Part shown: piece after piece, positions 46,552-63,479 of the stretch
Layout: each line of letters starts with the position of its first letter
Numbering within the stretch: position 1 is the first letter of the stretch
From: the human T2T-CHM13v2.0 reference genome, Homo sapiens
Direction: 5' to 3' (one strand)
DNA: 64,000 nucleotides
Assembly: GCF_009914755.1 (NCBI RefSeq)
Contig: NC_060947.1
Program-made: the position numbers and the translations under genes
Notes under the pieces: generated by a model
What the model saw: only the letters and a program-made list of their open reading frames with translations
Database searches by the model: none
What the model was told of the DNA's origin: nothing

Positions 46552-47083
46552 CAGTTTACTTAACCACACTCAAATAATACGATCTATTAAAGAATATTTT
46601 AAATTACAGCTGTACAAAGCAACCTGACTGGATTAAAATCAAGTTATCCTATCAATTCAACAGTTCACTTATTACCAAGCAAAGCTTTGTTGTCTGCTCA
46701 GAGTTCCCATTTGTACTCATAATTCCACAAACATCAGAAAACTTACTTGATCAAATCAGAACTCCTAGTTTCAACTTCAGCCCCATCCCATCCCACCCCT
46801 ACCCCTCTGCTACCCCCATGATAGCTCTAGTCTCAATTCAAAAGATTTCACTTGCATTATACTTCTGTTTAGATTCATGAGGAATTTTTTAAAATACTGA
46901 GCCTAGTTACTAGGGAGTTCCTAACCATATGTTCTACAAACAAATAAGAAACATGGTTGTGAAGCAATTCTTCTTCTGTCCAAAACAAATTAGCATTTCA
47001 TAAAACCAGCTTTTATTAATAGCTATCACTATGGCATTAAACATAATATAGGCATTTTAATTATGTAAAAAAATGGGATCTAC

Positions 47084-47114
47084 CTAAAAGTTAGGAAAAT
47101 GCTGAAAATTTTAC
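47084..47114 (-). CDS. SMARCA1: Alternative 31-nt extension of the penultimate exon encoding VKFSAFS*
   Basis: GTAAAATTTTCAGCATTTTCCTAA (stop 47093-47091) followed by CTTTTAG|GTAGAT, a second donor. Confidence 0.85.
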
Positions 47115-47225
47115 CATTGGAGTTTTAGTTGCCCGTTTCTTCTTTTCTGCTCTCTCTCTTTCCTCAATTTCCATATTTTCTTTCTCAATCAATGAAATCA
47201 GAGTGTTACAGCGTCTCTGGAATTC
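47115..47225 (-). CDS. SMARCA1: SMARCA1 penultimate exon: [37 protein letters not shown] (end of SLIDE domain)
   Basis: Acceptor ttattacttcatttag, donor ATG|GTAAAA; 111 nt, 37 codons; ISWI SLIDE-end motif QRRCNTLI. Confidence 0.96.
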
Positions 47226-47397
47226 CTAAATGAAGTAATAAAGATTTTTAATTTCTGCAACCCAATCATTATCTTTAAAACGCTGACAACTATTTAACTG
47301 TATGATTTCTGTGGTATAGAATTTCCAAAACTGCTATTTTTCAGGACAATATTCACACAGGGTATTAATAGATTCCACCAGAATTAGGAGTGGGGGT

Positions 47398-47968
47398 AAA
47401 TGTCATTTATGGATGACTGGTTAAACAAACCATGATACATCCATATCATATAATATTACTCAGCAATAAAAAGGAAAGAACTATTAATACAGTTAACAAT
47501 CTGAATGAACCTCAAGGGAATTATGCTAAGTAAAAAAAAAAAGCTAATTTCGAAAGGTTACATACCATATTATTCCATTTATATAACATCCTTAAATGAC
47601 AAAATTATAGAAAGAGAGAACAGATCAATGGTTGCCGGGAGCTAGGGAGAGGAGAGAGGGTAGGTGTGACTGTAAAGAGATAGCACAATGGAGTCTTATG
47701 GTGGTGGAGGTTACACAACTCTACACATGACAAAACTGCATTGAACTGCACACACACACACACACACACACACGAGCGCATGTATAACTGATGAAATCTG
47801 AACAAGCTCTATAGATTACACGAATGTCAATTTCCTGGTTGTGATATTTTACTATAGTTTTGCAAAATGTTACTATTGGGGAAAACTGGGTGAAGGGTGC
47901 ATGAGACCTCCCTGTACATTTTCTTTACAACTTTTTGTGAATTTTCTTATTTCAAAATAAAAAGTTAA
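47398..47968 (+). mobile_element. L1MD/L1MC 3' end with internal (CA)n
   Basis: tggttaaacaaaccatgatacatcc...aactgggtgaagggtgcatgagacctc...caaaataaaaagtt. Confidence 0.8.
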
Positions 47969-47994
47969 CATAAATCACATAAACAAAAAAAAAT

Positions 47995-48230
47995 AAGGGG
48001 ATGTTCTATGGTCAAAATAAGTTTTGGAAGTACCCAGTTTACAAAAGTTAAACAGATTTACTTATTACATGGCTTCTCAGAGCCTTTCAGTTCCCTATGT
48101 GCACTGTGAACCACTAGGTGGGGCGTACAGGATGCAGCAGTTGTCAAAAATATTTAACCAACAGACTTTCTTCTCACCGGACATCTTGTGGGATCAGAGT
48201 TCTGGGGACCACATCACAGGAAACACTGCT
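47995..48230. mobile_element. MER103C-like hAT element
   Basis: tatggtcaaaataagttttgg...cttctcagagccttt. Confidence 0.6.
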
Positions 48231-48822
48231 GTATTTGTTAATTCAGAGCAAATAATATCTGAAAAGATTTCTACATTAACCTTGCCACTACCTATATTTC
48301 ACTGTCAGCAAATCAATGCATGCAAACTATAAATACTTTTTACGAATGTATGGTGAACATTAAACATGATTCATTAATACGGAATATCATATATTATTAA
48401 CCCTGTATACTTTGCTATATTTTAAAGGTAAATAATGGTTTAATATCAAAGGATAAATAATATTTTAAAATATGATTCCTTTTCTGTATAAGCAAAAATG
48501 CCTGCCAGAATAGCTAAACACTCAAGTGAAAATGTAGGTTTACTGGCAATTAAGAACAACCCCAACACACACACACACAAATGGTCAAAGTACAGGAATA
48601 GAAAACTCACCAAAAAAAAAAAAGTCCAAACATTATAATCAAGTTTCACTGCAACTAATGACCAAAGAAATGCAAAGTAAAACAATGCCATCTTCATCAA
48701 ATTAGCAATATGTACATGCTTGTGTGCATGTGCACATATATGGTATACATATCTGACATTGACAATAAGATGCTGAAACGGGAACTTTCATTCACTGATG
48801 ATGAAATGTCAATGCTACTATC

Positions 48823-49245
48823 TGCTATGGACTGAGGTATGTCTCCGCAAAATTCATCTGAAGCCCTAACCTTCAATGTGACTGTATTTGAAGATGGGGA
48901 CTTGTGACTGTATTTGAAGATGGGGACTTTAAGGAGGTAATTAAGGTTAAATGAGGTCCTATGGATGGAGCCCTAATCCAATAGGACTGGTGTCCTTGTA
49001 AGAAGTGGAAGAGACATCAAAGCTCTCCCTTTCTCTGCACGCACTCCAACAATGGGCCATATGAGAATGCCACGTGCAGAAGGTGGCCATCTGCAAGCCA
49101 GGAGGAGAAGCCACACCAGAAACCAGCCCTGCTGGCACCTTGATCTTGAACTTTCAGTCTCCATAATGGTGAGAAAATAAATTCCTGTTGCTTAAGCCAC
49201 TCAGTCTGTGGCATTCTGTTATGGCAGCCCAAGCTGACTAATACA
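48823..49245 (+). mobile_element. MLT1A-like MaLR solo LTR, with a 26-bp internal tandem duplication (48877-48928), inside an old L1ME fragment
   Basis: TGctatggactga...gactaataCA; 5-bp flanks ctatc/ctacc. Confidence 0.88.
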
Positions 49246-50384
49246 CTACCTTTCTTGAAAGCAAATTTGACATTTCAACGACGGATCTTAAAATTTTCAC
49301 ACCCTTTGACCTAGCAATTCCATTTCCAGAAATGTATTGTAAGGAAATAAGATGTATACAAATATTTACAAAACAATGTTTAGAGCAGTGTTAAACTGGG
49401 AACTAACTAAAATTTTGGTAATCTGGAAACAGAATACACAGACACGTATTATTATTATTATATATATACACAGAAATAGCTAAAAGAATATTAACAATAA
49501 TGTTACTAGTGGTTAACATCGGCTATCCCTAAGAGTAGGACTACTGATAACTTTTATTTTTCTCTTGATACTAGCCTGAATTCTCCAAATTTTCTGCAAT
49601 GAACATTTAAGTGTTGGGCAATCTGTAACTTTTTAAGAATGGAAAATTGTTTAAAATTCAGTTTTATCTTTCCAAATAAAATCCAAAAAAAATGGCATAC
49701 AACATAGGAAATGTAAGATACAAAATAAGATCAACTATCCAGGCAAATGAATTTTAGGCTCTAAATGAAACCCAAAAGGAGGCAGAAAACCAGAGTCTAG
49801 CCAGAAAAAAATTGCTCATTAATGAATTATTGTTTACCTATTAAAAATACTCTAATGTAACACTGGCATGTTCAAGTTTCTTGTGTATCTTCAATCACCC
49901 AGGGTTAAATAATTTAGAAACAATAACTCTGAAATTTTCCTTACTTACCAAAACAATAGTGATATCTTTAGTATGCAGACCAAATATTCTCCATAGCTTC
50001 ATTCAATAACACACATACAAATTAAACAGCATGTTATTCAATTTACCTATTATAGAAAAGGCTAAGTTGACCCTGATGAGATTTGATCGTTGGTTTCTAG
50101 GGAGACTAAATAGAGTCTTTATGTAAAGCTGACTCGTGAATCATTAAGCTATATCCTCTGGCTATTATTATTCTCAATAAGTAATAGTTGCTTGTGACTG
50201 GAGATATCTTTAGATATATATTCATGGTTCATGTGGGTGATTCAGAAAAAAAAACTAATACTTTTGAGACAGCCTCCTAAGCAGGGAAGTAGAATACCTC
50301 AAAATGAGTATAAATGGACTGTGTAATTAGTTCATACCTTCATTCCTTTTAACCTGTCAATAACTACTCCAGACAGAAAAATAA

Positions 50385-50784
<400 letters not shown>

Positions 50785-51214
50785 TCCATTTTTTTATTCT
50801 CATGCTTCATGACTGCCTAACGCAACATAAGTTATCACAAACAGAACACTAGCTAAAACTAGAAGTTAAAAGGAGAAAGGCTAGATTACCAATAAAAAAT
50901 GACTCATTTATTGAATAAGTGACTATGAAATGACTATGAGAAATTTCATGATGTCAAAAGCACATTCTTTTTCTATAATTTCTCCTTTCATATATTCTCC
51001 TAGATTCTTGTACATCTTTATCTTCCTATTTTGTGGGGGATTACAGGGAATTGTTCATAGGACCTCAAACTGTTTCCACAATTGTATAGTCTAGTTATCT
51101 CTTTCTCTCACCATTTCCCCACACTGGATTTAAAAATGAAGTTGGAGAAAAACAGCACACAAGAGGAAAAGAGGAGATGCAAAAACAATAAAGACAACAG
51201 AAGAGAATAGGAAA

Positions 51215-51500
51215 ATAACAAACGGAAAACTGCTCTGTAGTGTTAATAGCTGTGGCAAAAAATTCCTATGTTCAAATGTGTATGGGAAATGTTGGTTTTT
51301 TAAAATGTTACACAAATTTCTTTATGATAGGACTTCTCAGAGCTTTTAGCATTCTAATGCAGAGTGGAAATGTGAATGGCAGGATTCAGTATAATCAGCA
51401 CGTCCCAACTCTATCTGAACACAGAACTCTTGTTCTGCATATCATCGATTTGCACACCCTGGAACAACGTTTGGTAGAAATCAACTTGGGAAATGTTGCA
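51215..51500. mobile_element. MER103C-like hAT element
   Basis: ggacttctcagagctttt...; similar to 47995-48230. Confidence 0.55.
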
Positions 51501-52136
51501 CAGCATGAGTGATGAATACAGCTAAGTTAGGATCAAAGTACAGGCGTATCTCGTTTTACTGCACTTCACTTTACTGAGCTTCATAGATATTGTGCTTTTA
51601 CAAATTGCACGTCTGTAGCAATCCTACATTGAACAAGTCTATTGGTGCCATTTTTCCAAGAGGATATGTTTACTTCATGTCTCTGTGTCACATGTTGGTA
51701 ATTCTCACAATATTTCAAAGATCATTATTATTATATCTGTTACGGTGACCTGTGGTCAGTGAGCTTTTATGTTACTATCATAATCATTGTGAGGTACCAC
51801 GAATCACAACCATATTAGATGGCTAACTTTATTTATAAATGTTGTGTGTATTCTGACCACTCTACCAACCAGCCATTCCCCCAACTCTCTCCCTCCCTCA
51901 CGCTTCTATTCCCTGAGACAAAATGATATAGAAATTGGGCTAATTATAACTCTAAAATGGCCCCTAGGTGTTCAAATAAAAGGAAACGACTTACTTTAAA
52001 TCAAAAGCTAGAAATGATTAAGCTTAGTGAGGAAGTTGAGACAGGCCAAAAGCTAGGCCTCTTGAGCTAAACAACTAGCCAAGTTGTGAATGCAAAGGAA
52101 ACACTCTTGGAGGAAGTTAAAACTGCTACTCCACTG

Positions 52137-54396
<2,260 letters not shown>

Positions 54397-56309
54397 AAAA
54401 GTGCTACTCCACTGAACACACAAGTGATAAGAAAGCCAAACAGCCTTATTGCTGATATGGAGAAAGTTTTAGTGGTCTGGACAGATCAAACCAGCCACAA
54501 CATTCCCTTAAGCCAAAGCCTCATCCAGAGCAAGATCCTAACTCTTCAATTCTATGAAGGCTGAGAGAGGTAAGGAAGGTGCAGAAGAAAAGTTTAAAGT
54601 TGGTGGAGGTTGGTTCATGAAGTTTATAGAAAGATGCTGTTTCCATAACATAAAAGTGCAAGGTGAAACAGCAAGTGCTGATGGAGAAGCTGCAGCAAGT
54701 TATCCAGAAAAATCTAGCTAAGATAATTGATGAGGGTGGCCACACTAACCAACGAATTTTCAATGGAGACAAAATACCCTAATATTAGAAGAAGATGCCA
54801 TCTAGGACTTTCATAACTAGAGAGGAAAAGCGGATGCCCAGCTTCAAAGCTTCAAATGACAGGTTTATTCATTAGGGGCTAAAGCAGCTGGTGACTTTAA
54901 ATTGAAACCAACGCTCATTTATTATTCTGAAAATCCTAGGGCTCTTAAAAATTATGCTAAATCCACTCTACCTTAGCTCTAGAACTGGAACAACAAAGGC
55001 TGGGGTGACAGCACTATTTATAGTATGAAGTATTTATACTTTAAGCCCATGTTGAGACCCTACTCCTCAAAAAAAGATTCCTTTTAAAATATTATTGCTC
55101 TTTGACAATGCACCTGGCCACCCAAGAGTTCTGATGGAGATAATGTATAAGGATATTGAGGTTTTTCATGCCTGTTAACACAACATTCATTTACAGCCCA
55201 TGGATCAAAGAGTAATTCTGACTTTCAAGTCATATTATTTAAGAAATACATTTCATAAGACTATAGCTGCCATAAATAGTGATTACTCTGATGGATCTGG
55301 GCAAAGTCAATTGAAAACCTTCTGGAAAGGATTCATCGTTCTAGATGCCATTAAGAACATTCGTGATTTATGGAAGGAAGTCAAAATGCCAATATTAACA
55401 AGAGTTTAGAAGAAGGTGATTCCAGTCCTCATGGATGACTTTGAGGGATTCAAGACTTTAGTGGAGGAAGTCACTGCAGATGTGGTGGAAATAGCAAGAG
55501 AACTAGAATTAGAAGTGGAGCCTGAAGATGTGACTGAAATGCTGCAATTTCATGATAAAACTTGAGTGGATGAGGAGTTGCTTCTTATGGATGAACAAAG
55601 AAAGTGGTTACTTGGGAAGGCATCTACTCCTGGTGAAGATGCTGTGAACATTGTTGAGATGACAACAAAGGATTCAGAATTATACATAAAATTAGTTAAT
55701 AAAGCTTTGGCAAGATTTGAGGGGACTGACTCCAATTTTGAAAGAAGCTCTACTGTAACATGCTATCAAACAGCATCACATGCCAAAGATAAATCTTTTG
55801 TGAAAGGAGGAGTCAATCAATGTGGCACACTTCATTGTTGTCTTCTCTGAAGAAATTGCCACAGCCACCCCAACCTTCAGCAACAACCACCCTGATCAGT
55901 CAGCAGCAATTCACACTGAGGCAAGACCATCCACCAGCAAAAAGATTACAACTTGCTAAAGGCTCAGATGACTGTTAACCTTTTTAAGCAATAAAGTATT
56001 TTTTAATTAAAGTAAGTACTTTTTCAGACATAATGCTATTGCTCGCCTTATAGACAAAACTTTTATATGCACTGAGAAACCAACAAATTCATGTGACTTG
56101 CTTTATTGTGATATTTGCTTTATTGTAGTGTTCTGGAACTGAACCTGAAATATGTCCAGTGTGTGACTGTGTAAAGAAACTGGGAACTAACAACAAAGAA
56201 CTTAAAAATTTTACTTAATTCCATTGACAAAAGGATCTTATAAACAATTTTTGAGCAGGAGGAGTGATGTAATCAAAAGTGTACTTTGTACTCAGAAATC
56301 TTTTCTTGA

Positions 56310-56620
56310 CACAGAGTTCATAAAATCATAAACTCGCAAGATGAGAAAGGAACTTTTAAGTCATTCAGGTTGATGCTTGAATCCCTACTACTAGGTCCTT
56401 GCTAATTAGTTGTACAGCCTGTCTGAATTCTTCCAATGATGGAGTACCCACTACCTCACAAGGCTGGCTATTCCAACTTCAGACAAGTTAAAAATGTTCC
56501 TCTATGCAAAGCTACAATTTGCTACCTCATGGTTTCCAAAAATTGGTTGTAGGTCTAACTTTTGTAGACATTAGAGAACAAGCTGATTTCCTATTCCATA
56601 TGACAATCTTTCACATGTTT
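56310..56620 (-). mobile_element. L3/CR1 fragment
   Basis: ttccaatgatggagtacccactacctcacaaggc...aaaatgttcctc resembles antisense L3. Confidence 0.5.
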
Positions 56621-56804
56621 CAAGGAAGTTCCCATGCCTCAATCACAGTCACCCCTAGGTCCCCAAATACCCCTCTTTAAGGCTAAATATCCTCTCCCTT
56701 TATACACCCATCCTTCACTTAACCCTTTTCTTAAAGAATTGCATAACACTTATATCAACCCTTGGTTATAATTCTTTCCACCTTTCTTACACATACTTTT
56801 AAGC

Positions 56805-57122
56805 CAGGTGTTGGTATATTGTTTCAATAAAGAGCCTGATAGCAAATATTTTTGACTTTTGCAGACCACACAATCTCTGTCACAACTATTTAGCTCTGCC
56901 ATTGTAGCACGAAAACAGCCAAAGACAATACATAAACAAATGTGTGTCCATTTTCCAAGAAAATGTTACTTATGAACCCTAGAATGTGAATTTTGTATCA
57001 TTTTCACATGTTGCAAAATATCCTTCTTCTTTTGATGTTTTTAGCCACTAAAAAATATAAAAGTCATTCTTTGCTTTCAGGCCACACAAAAACAGGTGGG
57101 GGGCCACAGTTTCCAAGTCCTG
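56805..57122 (+). mobile_element. MER58B hAT-Charlie element
   Basis: cagg...cctg ends; perfect 8-bp TSD ttttaagc at 56797-56804 and 57123-57130. Confidence 0.88.
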
Positions 57123-57921
57123 TTTTAAGCTACAGACTTAGCTTCACTTTAAACAAAATTGTGTTGCCTTGGTTCTCCATACTTTTTTAATGGTTTATGA
57201 TTCTATTCAATGCAAAGTCACTCAAGTTTCAATTTTTGAATACTAGGATATGTATCTCTACCTTTAATAAATGATGTAATGTTTGCAGTGAGCAGCACTG
57301 CCCCTTAGTGTGTGGTGAATATCAATCATCCTGGGCACTAAGTTCAAATATCCTTTGCTCCAATACTCAGCTTCAAAGCTTCAATTCAAAAGGCAGAGAA
57401 AGCATCAGTAGACTTGAAGTGACTTATTGAAAGAGATTAAAGAGACTCCACATTACATTTCCTATGTACTAAAATCCTAGACACTAAGCCTACCTAAGTC
57501 TGAATGACAGGTCTGCGCCTGTTATGGTTGAAAGTCAAAAGCAGCTGAATGAGCAAGGGCACACAAAAAACTCCACTCCGCATTTGTGCCTCTGAATTTG
57601 TAGGTAAAGTTCTATGAGGTCAGAATTTTCTTCTACAGCTCTTAGTAAAACAAAATGGACATTGCTTCACCTTTGCTCTTTTTTAATCGATGTCTTCACC
57701 TATACATTCTGCAGTATATTTCCCAGGTTCCTAGTCACTTTTGAATCTCTATCATACTAACGAAAAGCAATGGCAGTCTATACTAGAATGCACACAGGCA
57801 GTTATATGAGAGTTAATATTCAAATAAACATATCCTACATTTCACAAACAAGTATTAAATGTTATGATGCTTTTACGTAACTGCTGCTGCTTAAGCATTG
57901 CTATTTAGAAAATACTGTATC

Positions 57922-58235
<314 letters not shown>

Positions 58236-58648
58236 TCACAAGATAACGCATAAGAATAAATACCTTAAATGAACTCCTGTTAGTGCATTAATTGTATTTC
58301 ATGTCAGATTGTTACAACAGTTCAAGGTACCAAATCGAACACTATTGCTGCATAATAAAACATATGACATTTATAACTGGCTATTCAAGCTTATGAATAA
58401 ATAAAAGCTGCAGGGATGATAGCCAAATAAAGTCTAACCTTAGAAAAAGGTAGATTAAAGGAAAAGTAAAATGAACTCCAACCCACTGGCATAATTTGCT
58501 CGCATTCTATCCAAATCTGGTCCAACTGTAGGAGTCTATGGGATAGAAGCAAACTTAAATACAACAGTTCTATGCCCATTTATTCACTGAACGCCTACTC
58601 TGGGTCACGTGCTATGCTGGTCTCTTTAAATACAACTATTAATAATTG

Positions 58649-58958
<310 letters not shown>

Positions 58959-59147
58959 TTAGTCTTTTAAGTGCATGAGGAGGTAATAAACTCCTAAGTG
59001 CATAAATACGTGGTTTTAAATATTTTAATTCTATAGTCAAGAAGAACCCATCAGTACATTTTACAGTTTATTAATTTTACCAATGATGTATTAATTCATA
59101 TTTTTCATATTCTACTAAGAATGTAATGCTCTAAAATATCAATATTA

Positions 59148-59394
59148 GGCCGGGCACGGTGTCTCATGCCTGTTATCCCAGCACTTTGGGAGACCGCGAG
59201 GTGGGAGGATCACTTGAGGTCAGGAGTTCAAGACCAGCCTGGCCAATATGGTGAAATCCCATCTCTACCAAAAATATTAAAAATTAGCCGGTCGTAGTGA
59301 TGCGCAACTGTAATCCCTGCTACTCGGGAGGTTGAGGCACGAGAATCACTTGAACCTGGGAGGCGGAGGTTGCAGTGAGCCAAGAAAAAAAAAA
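59148..59394 (+). mobile_element. AluS lacking its last about 45 nt
   Basis: Alu sequence stops at gcagtgagccaag and is followed by an A run. Confidence 0.9.
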
Positions 59395-62383
59395 TTAGCT
59401 GTTATCACACAATTAAGTACTAACATGGAAATTAAAAATCATGAGTAGCTGTCTTTCCTTATGAAATTTCCTAGACTACACTCCATAAGCAGCAAATAGA
59501 AGTGTTACTGTGACTATAGAACAAGTTGGCAATTTTTTAATTTGACTGTCATTTTTCTAAAGTATCTGTAAAGAAAATCCATTTCTGACTGGACTGATAA
59601 TTTATAAAATATCCTGTGCTGAACCAATACTAATTAACATTTAATACCTCCTGATAAGCCAAAAACAGGGAAGTTAATAAAGAGCTAAAGCAATATTTTC
59701 TAAAAAGTATTTTTTTCCTACAATTCTAATGGAGAATGTCATTTTCTTACCTTTTAAATAGAAAACACTTTCATTTATAATAAAGCTGTGATTTGAAAAC
59801 AAGCAGTAATAACACAATTTTCATTACATTGTATACCACAGTATGTGATTCTCTTTCTGAGATGCTATCAGAAAAATGCATTGAAACTACTACAAAAGAT
59901 ATGGTAATTGTAATGACTAATTACTAATACTCGGATTCAACTCTAATATATACAAGGCCACAAGCAATGCACACACAGGCTCTTGAGCTGGCTGGAAAAG
60001 GAAAAATCTCCCCAGAGGTTAAAAGGTAAGAATTTTTTTTTTAACTAAAATTAAGAGTCAAAGCAGCCCTGCAAATAATGCAATAAATGGTTCTATCAAG
60101 AAATGTTCCTTATTTCAGAGAGTTAAATTCTGCTTTTTCTACTTTAAGTACTTAGAAGGACCTAAGAAGGTACAAGGAATTACTGATTGAATTTTGGGTA
60201 CTCTTTCCACATGTCCTTTGCAGTAAACTGACTAATGTGCTAGATCTTTTGGACTTCTTAGATTCTTCCAGAATCTCCCAGTCACATTTAGTCGTCACTC
60301 AATGAACAGAGATACTCTCCTGACATTCATTTCCTAAAAGGAGTGGCAAGAAAATTAAGCTAATGTTGGTAAAGGGATTGGCAAGCATTATATAAAAGGT
60401 ACTACATAAATACAAAGTATTACTTCCTCTTATGGTTATTTGATAAGGGTCCTTTTAACTCTGATAAGTTTTTGACTATCCTAAGACTATGACCTCATTC
60501 TAAGATGGTTTTCTTAGAAAGAAAATGGTAGGGCAATTCATATGCTCTGAGCTTAAAAAGCTAAGTTGATCATATCCTTCCTACTTGTTTATGTAGTTCA
60601 ATAGAGACTGATTACTTACTTAAAGACCACACAAATTCTCAGAGAAAGAAATCACAATCCTTTTAGCACAGAGAAATTGAACTGAAACTCATTTTCTCTT
60701 TTGTATAGCTAGCATTTTTTAATGAAAAAGAGCCTCAAAGAAATCTGCAACCTTTAGCTGAAGGCTTTCAAAGTGAGGCATATTTAGAAGCGGAAGTTCG
60801 TGCCTTTATGACTGTTAGTTAAGTCAGGAGCCATGAATTCAGTACTTTGAGATCTCTGAATCAAATATAACTATTAAGGTTTCTACTTTTTATAAGATGC
60901 ATTTCACACTATTCATGTCTCTGAGAAAGAAAAGAGTCATCTTTAAGCCAGATCGTTTTTAAAGGTATCTTTAGTAAGCTAAGTTCAATCATTAGTAAGA
61001 TTTTCATTTGAACACAGTGACACACTCACATAATGAATCAAATTACATTCTCTGTAGTTCTAAGATGGGATTTTTCAATGAAACAACTTCTTTGTATTTC
61101 AGAAATCACAAGTGCCTCTTTCAAATGGGGCAGTTTCTCTTCCTAGATTGTGAATGTGATTCACTATACAGAAGAGTTACTAAAAATGAAAGGGGGAAAG
61201 AAGATCATCAAGAACCATCAATCCATTTCTATAATTTCCTAATTGTTGAAATTATCATGAAATATTCTAAAAAGTTCCAAATGTATGTGTGTTTTAAAAT
61301 ACATTATTTATACTCTAAATCCAGAATTATAAGCAAAAATTATTATAAGCAAAAATTATCCATTAACTAGAAGGGAAATAAAAATTTAATACGATAGAAA
61401 AAGTAATAAATAAAACTTTTCAATTAAAATATTTAAATATAAAATAAACTACTGCATGTTTCTGAAGATTGTTCAGAAATAATAAATTCCACTTTCTAGA
61501 AGGTAATTGAAGACAGAAATGTCTTCATTTTTAACAGAAAAAGATTTCATTTTATGATCATTTAAATAGTTAATATGTGCTTTTTGGAAAACATAATTGA
61601 GATTTACATTTCTCGGTAAAGAAAGAGTACAGAGGTAAATGTTTTGTAAAAAGAAGATGGAAGAAAAACAGATTTTTTACAAGGGAGTTCAGAGACATCT
61701 AGTGGTTGATAATATTATACTGGATTTTTTTCTTAGAAAATAAAATAAGGTTATGTAGTTCCACAGTCGTGTTCATATTATAAATAGTGTTAAGATTTTC
61801 CTTGCACTTTGAATGTGTTTCGTCCTACTGGTTTAATGATTCCAGAAACTGAAAACAGCATTAAGCTCTCAACCTTTTAAAAAATTAGCAAAATATCACT
61901 GAAATAAAAACTCAAAATTCAATAACTGTTCTATCACAGAAAAGGGTATGTATATTCTAAAACATGATTAACTGACAAATGCAGGTAGGCATTTGTCTTC
62001 TACAAGCTGTTAGTGGTGCTCTAAATTAAATCATTACATGTATAAAACCCCAAATGGCTAAAAGATTTATCCTGCATGGCTTTTAAAAGGAGTTCTCTGC
62101 TAAACATAGTCATAGATTCACTGTGCTAAAGGGGACCTTAAAAGGCCAAGTAACTTACTGCCAATGTCTTCAGAGAGTCAAAATAGAATTCCACTTTCAA
62201 AGGCTAATGAAAAGCTATTCTACATTGTTCTTCAATAATCTATTTCAATGATCCAAAGAACTCTATAAAACAACTCTTCCCTATATCCAACCTCAGTCCT
62301 TCAAGCTACAGATTACCTCTTTATCTTTTTTATTCTTTTCTTAATTCTTCCTACTGTACCTTGCTAACATATATATCTTTTCA

Positions 62384-62770
<387 letters not shown>

Positions 62771-63479
62771 GTTGTGTTGCTGGATTCAACTGATCCATCA
62801 TTCCAACTACTCTAGCTCCTTCTGGATCATGGCTTGGTCTAAAATATTTGCTAGCTCTCCAAGCATACGCCATTCATAAATTTGATGGACATACTCCACA
62901 CACTCTAAATTTGTGTTAAAGTTTTAACAAATATGTGATCTTCTAAAGCATCTGCCAAAATTAATGTCTTCACTACAGTAACCCAGATTTTTCCTTTCCT
63001 TTTATTCAACTTGAACTGAAAATATAAAGTGAGTCAAGCAAAATATTAAGCATTGTTTCACACTCAGTCAACTTTTGGACAAAAAGATATTTATGATAGG
63101 TAGCAGCTAAGAAAAATGTATCCTATTTTATGACTAGTCACAAAAACATTGTTTGCATTGTTAGTTTCTGGTTGCTTTTAATTTTTAGGCTGCATAAATC
63201 TATTTTGTCTTAATTACCTTGGCTGACAAAAGATTAACAATGCCAACATTAAAAATGTGTTGCATGTATTTCAAAATCATCATGAACACCACTGCTAAGT
63301 AGGACTAGAATAGGAACACAATTCACATTAGAAAGTAATGGAGGAAATCACATAAGCTAAAATAAAATATCTCTTCAACTTAAATATTCTGTTTCCTAAT
63401 AAAAAACTCAACTTAGGCAACAACTCCTTTTCATTAAAAGTCCATCTTTAAGTCATTCGCATAGTCTCAAGCATAACCT

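Noticed and set aside
57292-57315. CTCF-like motif (also ccactaggtgggg at 48111-48125)
   Set aside because: Mismatches at core positions; cannot be supported without ChIP data.
61008-61370. 120-aa plus-strand ORF
   Set aside because: Non-ATG start, AT-rich, no recognisable domain, antisense within the intron.
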